Virus record (IMG/VR): IMGVR_UViG_3300029121_000001
Reading direction: 5' to 3' (one strand)
Length of the DNA stretch: 64,000 nucleotides
DNA from: a virus
A program made the position numbers and the translations under genes. The notes beneath the pieces were generated by a model, which was not told the origin of the DNA, did no database searches, and saw nothing but the letters and a program-made list of their open reading frames with translations. Below are positions 9,701-18,142 of this stretch, piece after piece; positions within the stretch are counted from its first letter, which is position 1, and each line of letters opens with the position of its first letter.

Positions 9701-12700
9701 GCAATCTTACTAAGAACACCAGTTACCTTAGATCCAGCCTTACCAATTGCTTGTGCAATCTGTTCAGCACAATCATCAATCCAACTAGTATCTTTACCTA
9801 GTTTCTTAGCTACGAAATTAAGTACAGCACGAACAGCACCCTTGCATTTATTTGCAATTTTTGCCATTATTTCAGCGTTCTTACTAACACCAACAGCAGC
9901 ATCAGGATCAATAACTTTAGTAGCAGCTTTATGTGTGAGTTTATCAACACCCTTTTTAAATACATCTCCTACTTTAGATGCACCCTTAAAAGGAGCAGCT
10001 ATTACTTTGCCAAAAGTAGTCTTACTAATAGCTGTTGCTGCTTTTCCAATACCAGGAATCTTACTAATAGAAGTTGCTAATTTTGCACCAGATAGAGCAG
10101 GATTATTACCAAAACTTAGTAGAGCATTTGTGGCAATTCTCTTCTTAAATCTATCAGAGAAGAAAGAAGATACATGATCATCTTGCTCATATGTAGTCAT
10201 CTTTTTGCCAGTAGCACTGATTTCAAAACGATCTACACCAAGTTTTGCTCGCTTCAGAATTTTTCCTATTCCTTTAACTTCCTTCTGGCGTTCAGTAGGA
10301 TCCATTCCTTTGCGCATTCCAGAATCTGCATCTGTTCCAGCAGCTTGTCCACCAAGATAGCTTAATCCTATAATGGTTGCAGCAGATCCTAAAATCGTAG
10401 GAAGATGTGCTATTATAGTTTTACCGAAAGTTCCTCCTAGGAAAGAAGTTATACCATCAAAAATCTTACCGAATAACCCAGAAGCTTTATCCTTAACAAA
10501 ATCAAGTATGGAAGATTTTTTCTCTCCATCTTCATCTGTTTTGCCAATACCGAAAATATCCTTGAATTTATCAAAGAAATTTCCTCCGACAAACATACCA
10601 AAGAATTTGTCCTTTAACTCAGAAGCTTTTCTCTTAGCTTTAATAGCAGCATTAGTAACAGCATCTGCAAGATTAGCAATCCATTCACCCTTAGTATTCC
10701 TTGTATACTGAATTGGATTGCCTTCATCATCAAGAACTGTCTTTGTATTGCCATCTCCACTACTAGCATTATCTCCTGTTGATTCTCCACCTTCCTGAAT
10801 AGGAGCAGAAGAATCACCTGTTACCTTTTTGGTAGGATCTTTAGCTCTATTATTACGGATAATCTCTCTGACTTTTCCTACTTCGATTCCTAGTTTCAAT
10901 GCAATACGCCAATCATTAACACCAGTATTATGAAGGCGCATAACCTCTTTAATAGTGTCTGTTGTAATGATCGTATTATTGCTATTGTTTTCTTTAGGCT
11001 TAGTATTTTCTCCAGCTACTTTTTCTGCTAACTTTTCATATTCTTTCTTAACCTCTTCTGCTTTCTTCTCCATTTCCGTAGAAGGCTTAGAAGAAGTAGT
11101 GTCCTCTTTATTTTCAGGAGGAACTACTCCTGCAGGAGTAGTAGAAGTTTCTTTAGCAGCATCAGCTATAGTAGCTTCTGTTGCAGTAGCAGGTTTCTGC
11201 TCTTTGCTTTCTGCTTCTTCAGTCTGCTTTTCTCCAGTAAGAGATTCAAGAATACCAGAAATCTTATCAGAAATAGTATCTAGAATGGTATTACGTTCAA
11301 TATCGAGTTTATCTACAGCCTCAGTAGTTGCTTCACCAGGTGTAACATTAGCTTTATTATTCAGAGCTTCTCTAGCAGCATCTTCTTTCTTATGAATACC
11401 AGCAGCATCCATACGAAGTTGCATACGAGTACGACGTAGCTCTTTCTTACTCATCTTGCTAATATCAAGACCACTTTCATTGAAGAATGTTTTCTTCTTT
11501 TCACCATAATCTTTAATATCAGCATCTATTTCGTTTAGTCTTTTAACCTCTGCTTCGATTTTTTCTGTCATCGATTTTTTAGTTGTTTCATCGAGGTTAG
11601 AATTTTCAATCTCTGCAATAACGTCGCTATAGTCATTATTATTTTTCTTATGATAATTCATAAGTTTAGTAATAGACTTAGCGAGTTTCTGGTCAGGACC
11701 GTTACCACCATGAGGAAGAGTTCCTACTAGAGTATCTCTTAGATTTTGACGAATCTGATGCTTTTCCTGCTTTAGAACAGTAGGACCATTAAGAGCAGCA
11801 TTTGCTGTCTTAATCATCTTATCACGTTCTTCTCCACTGTATTTAAGCTCCCAATCTGTCAATGCAGATTTTCTAACTTTTTTTCTTCCAGTGAAGAATT
11901 TATATCCAGAATTCTTTTCAATATCATCTCTCTCTTCTGCAGACAGAGAAGAATATCCTTTATTGATATTATGTCTTTTTAAAGCATCACCTGCGGCTCC
12001 CATAAGTTTAAAAGGAGCAGTGATAATAGCTTTGCCAACACCTAAAGCTTTTTTAGCAATCCATTTACCAGCCGTAGCTACAGGAGCAAATAGAGCATCA
12101 AATTTTTCACCAATAGTACGTCTTACAACATCCTTGGCACTGTCTACTATAGACATCATGATGCTCTTAGATTTACCCTTGACCCAATCAGTAAGAGGAT
12201 CAAACAGTCTCTTTATAGGACTAAAGAAATTCTTTTTCGCAAAGTTCTTAATTTTTTCAATACCGTTTTCAGTAAATTCTGCTAGAGGATCTATGACACG
12301 AGTTTGAATAGAACCAAGAATACCACCATGTCTTTCTCCGTTCAGTCCTTCTTTACCGAACATTGCAGATTTAAAAGTTTCAGTATCCTTAACAAGTTCA
12401 ATACCGGCACCAAGTACAAATCCACCCATGACACCACCAGGAGCAAGTCCAATGGTTCCAAGAATTGCACCAAGTGCACCAGCTTTACCCATATCAGGAA
12501 CTTTTTCTGTGATAAATTTCTTAGCTCCTTTAGGAAGAATTCCCTTCTTAATCAGATTCTCGTGATCATCATATTTTCCAAATAGAGCTTCTGATAGAGC
12601 CGTTGAATTGTTAACAATAACAGCACCAGATCCTAGAACAAGGCCACCAAGAAGTCCTAATCCAGACCCAGTTAATGCTGCACCTGCAAGTGCACCAAGA

Positions 12701-15700
12701 CTACCAGCTGCTGCTACCTTAGGAAGATCAACCTTAGCAGCTCTAACAATTTCATTTCCTGTTTTCTTTAGATCTTTGTAGATATCATCTCCACCAAGGA
12801 AATAATCCATGGCTTCTTTGAGTTTGCCCTTGCCATAATCAACACCGGATTTAATAGATTGACCAACAGGAGAATTGAGGAATTCACTAGAATAATGAGC
12901 AGTTTTTTCTTCTGCCCATTTAGCATATCCAGAAAGTACTTTTCCACAATCATTGATCTTTTCTTTTACTTTATTATTTTTTCTTGCATCACTGATATAT
13001 TCAACAATTTCAGGAGATACACCAACACCATCAGCAATATATTGAACAGATCTTCCACGGTTAAGTAAAGTGTTAATCTGTTTAGCTTGTTCTTCTGTAA
13101 TATCATTAGGTTTGGGTTCTTTTTCTTCAGGCTTATCTTCAACAGTGCCACCTTCAGCAAAACTACCAAAGAAGGTACCACTATTTCCACCAGCTTTTCT
13201 CCAAGCTTTATAATTTCTACGTTCAATAGCCTTACGCTGTTCATCAGTTAAAGCACCATGATACATAGGATTATACTTAGCAGGAATAATCAATTCACCT
13301 TCAGAAACAGAAACCATTCCAGATTTTCTGACCTGTCCACCTTTATAAGATCCTTCAGGTTTTGCATCATTATTAGGAATAGGAGGAGCTACTTTATCAG
13401 GATTCCATGCAGGAAGTTGAAACTTGGTAGATGCTACAGGAACGTCTACATATTCCTGTTTACCGTCTTTATTAGTTTTTAAAACTCTTGCTTTAAATTT
13501 ATGCTCTTCAAAAGGCTTTTCTTCTTTAGGTTTACCAATCTTAAAATGCTCTTTAATATATTTTAAAGTACCATCTACTTGTCTATCAGCATACTGTGCA
13601 GTACCTCTTACAAAGCTAGCGAGAATATCCTTATTGGCTTTAATATATTTTTCACCAAAATTGGTTTCTTGAAACTTCTTCCAAAGCTCATCTGCTTTTT
13701 TAGCAAATCGCTCAGGGAAATCATATATAGCATCACTAATACGAGAAGGAAGATTAAGCATATATCCAAAGAATCCGCCATCTTCATCTACTTGCTCTTT
13801 AAGTTTAGTGCCAAGATCACCAAACATAAAGTTTTCCATTAGATCATTAATCTGATCAATAATGAAAGATCCAACAGTAGATTCTTCTTTAGCCTTATTC
13901 TTTTTAAATAATAGGCTACCACGGCTCTCTGCCTTAGGCTTTTCATACTGCTTAGTTTCAGGATTATAAACGTCTCTACCTTCAGAATCTATAACAGTAA
14001 AACCTCTCTCCGTAACTTCTTCAGAAGTTACGGGTTTCTTTACTGTTTTATTAGCATAAATATTAATATTATCAGGAGCAGTATATTGATTTAGATCAAA
14101 TCCATATATAGATCTTGAAGGGTTAGCAGGGGCAGGCTGTGCAGAATTACCAGAACTTGAAAGTTGTGGCTGCCCACTAGATCTTCCATTTCTATGAAAT
14201 GCTTCAGTAATTCTACTAAACAATCCACCATTGTTAGGAGGATTAGTTGTATTCTTACCACCAACAATATTATCTTTAACTTTATCGAGATCAAATTGCA
14301 TGGCAGACTGGAAGTCTACCATCATTCTGATATTTTTATAGAAATCCTGAAGATAGAAGAATACATTATTTCCAAGATTATCTTTTACATTAAAGATATT
14401 ATTCTTATCAGAGTTTAGATTGTTAGTATACTTGTGAGTATTAGCAAGGCCAGATCCATTTGCAATATTGCTAAATGTACTATCAGATTCACTAATCTGA
14501 TCAACAAATTTAGCATTTGCAAGTTGTCCTTGATACACACCATTATACAGCTTTCCAACACCAGATTTTTTCTTAAAAATCAATCTATCAAGAGCTACAA
14601 TGCTCTTATAATTCATCGGATACTTAGATTGATCTCCAGAATTACCAATCCAGCCTTGAGCAACACAGAATTTTACAATATCTCCAGTCTTATGAAATCT
14701 ACCAGGTTCTACTCCCTTAAGAGTCAAGAAAGACATTAGTTTATCATAATCTTTGCTCAAGGATCTAACAGCTCTACTGTTTTCGGTATAACTAATATGG
14801 CCAGGAGTATTTCTATGAATTTCATTATCTTCAGAAATGAAATCATTGATCAATTCCCTCTTCATTCCTCTACTAGCATTACCAATAACTTCTTCTCTCT
14901 TCTTTTTAAAATCATTAACAGATCTACTAGCAGTAACAAATCTACCAGTTTCATAATTAAAGATTTTAGCTTCTTTACCAGAAAGAAGTGCTTCAATGTT
15001 AGCCAGATAAGTAGGAATAACTTCTCTCAAAGCTTTACTATCTTTACCTGTCCAATCTACTCGTCCCTTGTTGTAATTGCCAAAATCCATCTTAGGTTTA
15101 GTTTTAGGAGTAATATCCAAAAACTTAGCAATTGTAGCAAAGAATCCATCACCCTTTGCATATTCATGCATACGGCCAGCAATCTTCATCATACCATCTC
15201 TAAGAATAGAAACAGTTCTATCAAGCGCTTTACCAGTAGGACCATTCTGAATCTTAGAAGTAAGAGACATAGTAAGAGCAGTAGCAATAGGAGATGCTAG
15301 ACCACCACCCTTGATCAGCATATTGATCATATCAGGGCTTAGAACAGCTGCTAGAGAGTCTAGATCATATTCTTCCATAAATTTCTGAGTAGCAAACTTG
15401 CCCCATTCACCAAGGTCAGGAAGATCTCCTCCCATAACTTTTTCCCAAGGAGTTTGCTTTCTAGATCTAGCAGATTCAGTAGATTTAGGAGAAAATCTAT
15501 CAGTAAGCAAATTCTTAATATCTTCTAGATATTTAGTTTGTTTAGCCATTTCTTCACTAGTCTGCTTGAAGAAAGTATCAGCATTTAGTGCCAAACTATT
15601 AACAGGTTTAACAATATCAGTGTGAAGATTAAGAATAGAAGAATTGATGACAGACAGAGAATTATTCATCATACCGAATAGTCTCTGATTATTGAGCATC

Positions 15701-16239
15701 ATATTTCTGCTATTCTTAGTAGCATTACCAGCAATCTTTCCAGCAACTGCTTCAGAAGTAATTAACTGATGATACGACAATTGATTTCCTAGGCCATGAA
15801 TGGCTCCAGTAATCTCAGAAGACTCATTATCACTAGAAGATTCTTCTTCCTTATTATCATTATCATCGAAGTCAAAATCTTCATCATCAAAATCAAAGCC
15901 TGTCATACCCATTGATTCTGCAAAAGCACCAATGGCAGCATCTTCTCTTTCTGCATTATAGAACTTACCAGTCTTAAGGTCATCGAGAATATTTTTCTTG
16001 ACATCTTTCAAAGAGTCAAGGTTCTCTTCACCGACCATTTTACCAAGTTCATTTCTAACAGTACCTTTGAAATCTTTCACTGCATAATACATGTCTTTTG
16101 CAGCAGATACATTATCAGAAATGTAATTGGTTAATGTAGGATTGACACCTTTGGCAGTCTCAGTAGCAACATACTTAATGGATTTCAATACATTCTTGGC
16201 ATATGTATTGGGATCCACAAAGCCAAATCGATTAGCCAT
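6745..16239 (-). CDS. giant tape-measure-like tail protein (3164 aa) with C39-like cysteine peptidase, CHAP and phage-tail-lysozyme domains
   Basis: Uninterrupted 9.5-kb ORF. Gly/Ala-rich hydrophobic segments (AAAGSLGALAGAALTGSGLGLLGG). C39-like region: DQDGCGPAV..PHYIVARGKD. CHAP: NCVGWACGRF..AGHVAVVEKV. Tail lysozyme: GCWKNESNFNP..YGLAQWT..QVDFAYDEL. Confidence 0.9.
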   Translation of the reverse strand: MANRFGFVDPNTYAKNVLKSIKYVATETAKGVNPTLTNYISDNVSAAKDMYYAVKDFKGTVRNELGKMVGEENLDSLKDVKKNILDDLKTGKFYNAEREDAAIGAFAESMGMTGFDFDDEDFDFDDNDNKEEESSSDNESSEITGAIHGLGNQLSYHQLITSEAVAGKIAGNATKNSRNMMLNNQRLFGMMNNSLSVINSSILNLHTDIVKPVNSLALNADTFFKQTSEEMAKQTKYLEDIKNLLTDRFSPKSTESARSRKQTPWEKVMGGDLPDLGEWGKFATQKFMEEYDLDSLAAVLSPDMINMLIKGGGLASPIATALTMSLTSKIQNGPTGKALDRTVSILRDGMMKIAGRMHEYAKGDGFFATIAKFLDITPKTKPKMDFGNYNKGRVDWTGKDSKALREVIPTYLANIEALLSGKEAKIFNYETGRFVTASRSVNDFKKKREEVIGNASRGMKRELINDFISEDNEIHRNTPGHISYTENSRAVRSLSKDYDKLMSFLTLKGVEPGRFHKTGDIVKFCVAQGWIGNSGDQSKYPMNYKSIVALDRLIFKKKSGVGKLYNGVYQGQLANAKFVDQISESDSTFSNIANGSGLANTHKYTNNLNSDKNNIFNVKDNLGNNVFFYLQDFYKNIRMMVDFQSAMQFDLDKVKDNIVGGKNTTNPPNNGGLFSRITEAFHRNGRSSGQPQLSSSGNSAQPAPANPSRSIYGFDLNQYTAPDNINIYANKTVKKPVTSEEVTERGFTVIDSEGRDVYNPETKQYEKPKAESRGSLLFKKNKAKEESTVGSFIIDQINDLMENFMFGDLGTKLKEQVDEDGGFFGYMLNLPSRISDAIYDFPERFAKKADELWKKFQETNFGEKYIKANKDILASFVRGTAQYADRQVDGTLKYIKEHFKIGKPKEEKPFEEHKFKARVLKTNKDGKQEYVDVPVASTKFQLPAWNPDKVAPPIPNNDAKPEGSYKGGQVRKSGMVSVSEGELIIPAKYNPMYHGALTDEQRKAIERRNYKAWRKAGGNSGTFFGSFAEGGTVEDKPEEKEPKPNDITEEQAKQINTLLNRGRSVQYIADGVGVSPEIVEYISDARKNNKVKEKINDCGKVLSGYAKWAEEKTAHYSSEFLNSPVGQSIKSGVDYGKGKLKEAMDYFLGGDDIYKDLKKTGNEIVRAAKVDLPKVAAAGSLGALAGAALTGSGLGLLGGLVLGSGAVIVNNSTALSEALFGKYDDHENLIKKGILPKGAKKFITEKVPDMGKAGALGAILGTIGLAPGGVMGGFVLGAGIELVKDTETFKSAMFGKEGLNGERHGGILGSIQTRVIDPLAEFTENGIEKIKNFAKKNFFSPIKRLFDPLTDWVKGKSKSIMMSIVDSAKDVVRRTIGEKFDALFAPVATAGKWIAKKALGVGKAIITAPFKLMGAAGDALKRHNINKGYSSLSAEERDDIEKNSGYKFFTGRKKVRKSALTDWELKYSGEERDKMIKTANAALNGPTVLKQEKHQIRQNLRDTLVGTLPHGGNGPDQKLAKSITKLMNYHKKNNNDYSDVIAEIENSNLDETTKKSMTEKIEAEVKRLNEIDADIKDYGEKKKTFFNESGLDISKMSKKELRRTRMQLRMDAAGIHKKEDAAREALNNKANVTPGEATTEAVDKLDIERNTILDTISDKISGILESLTGEKQTEEAESKEQKPATATEATIADAAKETSTTPAGVVPPENKEDTTSSKPSTEMEKKAEEVKKEYEKLAEKVAGENTKPKENNSNNTIITTDTIKEVMRLHNTGVNDWRIALKLGIEVGKVREIIRNNRAKDPTKKVTGDSSAPIQEGGESTGDNASSGDGNTKTVLDDEGNPIQYTRNTKGEWIANLADAVTNAAIKAKRKASELKDKFFGMFVGGNFFDKFKDIFGIGKTDEDGEKKSSILDFVKDKASGLFGKIFDGITSFLGGTFGKTIIAHLPTILGSAATIIGLSYLGGQAAGTDADSGMRKGMDPTERQKEVKGIGKILKRAKLGVDRFEISATGKKMTTYEQDDHVSSFFSDRFKKRIATNALLSFGNNPALSGAKLATSISKIPGIGKAATAISKTTFGKVIAAPFKGASKVGDVFKKGVDKLTHKAATKVIDPDAAVGVSKNAEIMAKIANKCKGAVRAVLNFVAKKLGKDTSWIDDCAEQIAQAIGKAGSKVTGVLSKIAGAIYIGQIALAVEDGFEDARAMSILGIIEKPTIAERCVAAAVNGINYAIPGIGGIISSTTIFNIVFNVLSRFLKGLTRTLADKRADAKATVEAYNQETGHTYNVEEYVYNVLGKSTTQDKFKSFVGKTVTNIKNFFTGKNKDTSKDDTKDNLSASKSNIDLNKEASGAKYGSGSGASQKAYQAKLAKAKIESSKKKKKGIFSFFNGSGSDIHTTQKGNFTKFGNSTIDQDGCGPAVASTVLKAFGKNTDITDTAKYAEKMGYVAGSTKSERGTNASYFGDILGRNGIDTKYTDNRTDINSAISSGKPTILLGEDDGNKSKTNSPFGPNPHYIVARGKDKNGNVIVDDPELKGTALYKKSILQKTKLGVVAGGDSDVDSSTASTTSNSGMDVSTIINTGISAGFNAIANKVGGTFGTIVNTIFNGFNNSSTSGDSSGYSYGDTSSSGGGYVYTGDSPFPICTEMPKANDPYISYYNTKSHGGQSNCRLGNPTDPTCSVLSNCVGWACGRFNHIYSIMKGEKTMRYRDFHADAGQMYALASKFGLQTGSTPQAGAIMVWASTVGRAGHVAVVEKVISSDELMDSESGFSSFKFKYKSRKRGSDGNWGGNSKYRFLGFVYNPAVQEYYASHNSVATPNAGNASDNAKAIWKRLKSKGMSETGISGLMGCWKNESNFNPMNLENKFEKKYGGDKEYTNYVDSNNKWPDKANDDVGYGLAQWTGANSNPRSGNRKHNLLAFAKSKGTSVGDLNTQVDFAYDELKNSGKYTKAYNNLMSAKTPADAAAAALGNYEMPSLGMEKAKTNKTWYPVRKKGAEEVYSALHGTGSALDRLDQEAIAVAARRSGSGSSTKNTKIPITHDFTNPNHSSTPTVVRKKALSRGSASDIDTVATTVNTSSLSDVEKLDIIIKYLEQITQNTNNNSSLPAIASILNGIINNMGSIAQLASSAGGAASSIGDINNSAQDIQNNIMEQLRNMKAKVEALASTP

Positions 16240-16284
16240 ATCTTACTCCTCCTTACATTAAAAGTATTATTCTAAAGTTCGATT

Positions 16285-16323
16285 TATACAAAAGAAGCGG
16301 GGAAGACTATTACAGCCTTCCCC
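16285..16323 (-). terminator. terminator-like hairpin between the 167-aa gene and the tape-measure gene
   Basis: Minus strand reads GGGGAAGGC tgtaatag TCTTCCCC followed by GCTTCTTTTGT. May attenuate readthrough into the giant gene. Confidence 0.5.
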
Positions 16324-16333
16324 AATTCTTTAT

Positions 16334-16837
16334 TTATTTTAACCACTCAGGGCAAGGATTTAATGCCTTGATACCACCATGAGCGGGAATGAACGTATTC
16401 AGACGTTCACCATTTTCAGACTTAATAGGAATTTCAGTAGTACGGTCTTCAATGTTCTTCCACATTAGTTCAATGTTAGAAGTCTTTCGACCACCAAGAG
16501 GAAGTTTTCTACCAGTCTGAAGATAAGTTCCAGTAAACTCCTTAGACATATTTACCATAGCAGCGGCATCTGCACGGGTAAATTCATAAGCATTAACTAG
16601 TTCTGTTGCTTCCTTTACAGGAATATGAGTGGTAGCAGCTACTACATTGCTAACCACTTTACGAAGTTCACGAGAAGGATAGTATTCATCAACCTTACCA
16701 CCCTTAGCATAAACATCAACAGAATAGTTTGTATCATTCATCATTGCTTGCATGACAGTGATCTCATCTTTTTTAGAAGAAGAACATTGAGTAACACCAT
16801 CTCTGACTTCTTTGATAATCTCATATGCACTTGTCAT
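16334..16837 (-). CDS. hypothetical protein (167 aa) directly upstream of the tape-measure gene; possibly an abundant tail component or chaperone
   Basis: ORF is visibly more G/C-rich in codon choice than its neighbours. The functional guess rests on position only. Confidence 0.75.
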   Translation of the reverse strand: MTSAYEIIKEVRDGVTQCSSSKKDEITVMQAMMNDTNYSVDVYAKGGKVDEYYPSRELRKVVSNVVAATTHIPVKEATELVNAYEFTRADAAAMVNMSKEFTGTYLQTGRKLPLGGRKTSNIELMWKNIEDRTTEIPIKSENGERLNTFIPAHGGIKALNPCPEWLK

Positions 16838-16879
16838 AATCGGTCATCTCTCTTTCTTTTTAATTTTATAGAATTCTTC

Positions 16880-17710
16880 TTATACTCCAAGATTCAAGAC
16901 TCGAACTTGATAAATGTCCAATACAATCTTAGTTAGGGAGATATGAGTTTGCTAGTGGACCGTAGCCCACAAATAACCCTCAGAAACCCATATCAGAAAA
17001 CCGCATCTTAATTTCGGAAATATAGAAGGATGCTTTATCTATACCCCTAGAAGGTCAACTGTCTTTTTCTCATACCTACAGCTCATCTGGATCGATGGTT
17101 TCCTACACGAAATCAAAGTCCTTAAATTTCGGATAATGTGCTAGATGATTTACACAAAACCTACTATTGTTCTTTATATCGTGGCCAGCTCAATAAACTT
17201 ACGGGTGAAGTTTTGCATAAACTAAACGCGCAAGTAGCCTTCCTTAGAACAATCAAGAGTATCTAATGCATATCAATATTCGGCAAACTACCTAAACCAT
17301 AGCTGGTATGGAGTTATTCGTACCAAATATTATTATTCCCCGCCTCGGTAGATACTTTCAAGACTTGACACGCTTTCCCGGTGCCCTTTATGTGGGGCAT
17401 ATAGTAGACCACTATAATTAATAGCCTAAAAAGTTGATCAGACTATCTAGAAAATTAATTAAAGTTTTTATGGCGATACGCGTATCTATTCAATTACGAA
17501 TCCCAATTTGGGATCCTAATAATTGTCACTACGGTCCCCCAGATCCATCTATATGCGTATAAGCGTTAGGATAAAGGTAGTAGACATTATCCCTGCAGAA
17601 TCTTACTGCACCATCATTAGATGTAATCTAATGAATCGAACCTCGCTTTGTAAACCTAAGAAGAAAGAAAAACTTAGATTTACACTTCTTTTGAGCTGTC
17701 CGTCCCTCGA
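16880..17710 (-). ncRNA. candidate large structured non-coding RNA (GOLLD/ROOL-class candidate); strand and ends uncertain
   Basis: About 830 nt with no ORF over 68 codons in any frame. G/C-enriched compared with flanks. Many hairpins and palindromes. Sits directly next to the tRNA pair. A T-loop-like minihelix lies at 16886-16931. Confidence 0.35.
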
Positions 17711-17758
17711 TACACAAAAGAAAAAATAGGAATTAAATACAAGCCGAATATTTAATTC
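17711..17758 (-). terminator. rho-independent terminator after the tRNA pair
   Basis: Stem GGAATTAAATA / TATTTAATTCC (17728-17738 / 17748-17758), followed on the minus strand by TATTTTTTCTTTTGTG. Confidence 0.75.
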
Positions 17759-17762
17759 CTAA

Positions 17763-17839
17763 TGGTGGGCCATGTAGGACTCGAACCTACGACCATCCGG
17801 TTATGAGCCAGAAGCTCTGACCAACTAAGCTAATAGCCC
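17763..17839 (-). tRNA. tRNA-Met (anticodon CAU; elongator-type, or tRNA-Ile2 if lysidine-modified), CCA encoded
   Basis: Minus strand: GGGCTAT TA GCTT AGTTGGTCA GAGC T TCTGG CTCATAA CCGGA TGGTC GTAGG TTCGAGT CCTAC ATGGCCC A CCA. Full cloverleaf folded by hand. G1-C72 argues against an initiator. Confidence 0.9.
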
Positions 17840-17871
17840 TTATAAGTAGAATTAGGGGAGATAATTCTACA

Positions 17872-17953
17872 TGGTGCAGGAAAAGGGACTTGAACCCTCA
17901 CTCCGAAGAACTAGATCCTAAGTCTAGCGTGTCTGCCATTCCACCATTCCTGC
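17872..17953 (-). tRNA. tRNA-Leu (anticodon UAG), class II with long variable arm, CCA encoded
   Basis: Minus strand: GCAGGAATGGTGGAATGGCAGACACGCTAGACTTAGGATCTAGTTCTTCGGAGTGAGGGTTCAAGTCCCTTTTCCTGCACCA. Anticodon stem CTAGA/TCTAG with loop CTTAGGA; T arm GGGTTCAAGTCCC. A 9-bp spacer hairpin (17846-17870) separates it from tRNA-Met. Confidence 0.9.
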
Positions 17954-17974
17954 AAATATAAAAGAGCTAATAAC

Positions 17975-18142
17975 TTAATTAGTCTGATTCGAATCCGTAC
18001 TATTATGTATGTCTTGTAAAGTTTGATCATCTAAAAATGTAATAGCATTTACATTTTTAATCTTGCCTTTAGAAGAAATAAAGTGATTAATTTCTTCAGG
18101 TGTAGATGAACAAAGAATTTTATAAAAATCAGATTTGTCCAT
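17975..18142 (-). CDS. small hypothetical protein (55 aa, MDKSDFYKILCSS..)
   Basis: ATG 4 nt after TAGGAGGAAT. That SD is the 3' arm of a 10-bp hairpin (18147-18188). Below the ORF-track length cut-off. Confidence 0.5.
   Translation of the reverse strand: MDKSDFYKILCSSTPEEINHFISSKGKIKNVNAITFLDDQTLQDIHNSTDSNQTN

Noticed and set aside
6462-16239. Dozens of 60-190-aa ORFs on both strands inside the giant tape-measure gene (for example 7507-8073 +, 8710-9246 +, 14797-15300 +).
   Set aside because: They lie wholly within or antisense to an uninterrupted 9.5-kb ORF that has recognisable domains. They lack RBSs and have low-complexity, shadow-frame compositions.
16860-16960. A complete third tRNA, an intron-containing tRNA, or a tmRNA ending at the T-arm-like element.
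   Set aside because: No D arm or anticodon arm can be folded at the required distances. No 5' acceptor strand (CCAAGAT-like) was found at the far end of the 830-nt region. There is no CCA and no G3.U70 acceptor. Only the acceptor/T minihelix is supported.
17523-17729. 68-aa ORF inside the candidate ncRNA region, and the 69-aa ORF 31730-31939 across the topoisomerase intron/exon boundary.
   Set aside because: They have no RBS and are on the opposite strand to all neighbours. They overlap structured elements, and one overlaps a terminator. They are most simply chance ORFs in G/C-richer non-coding sequence.
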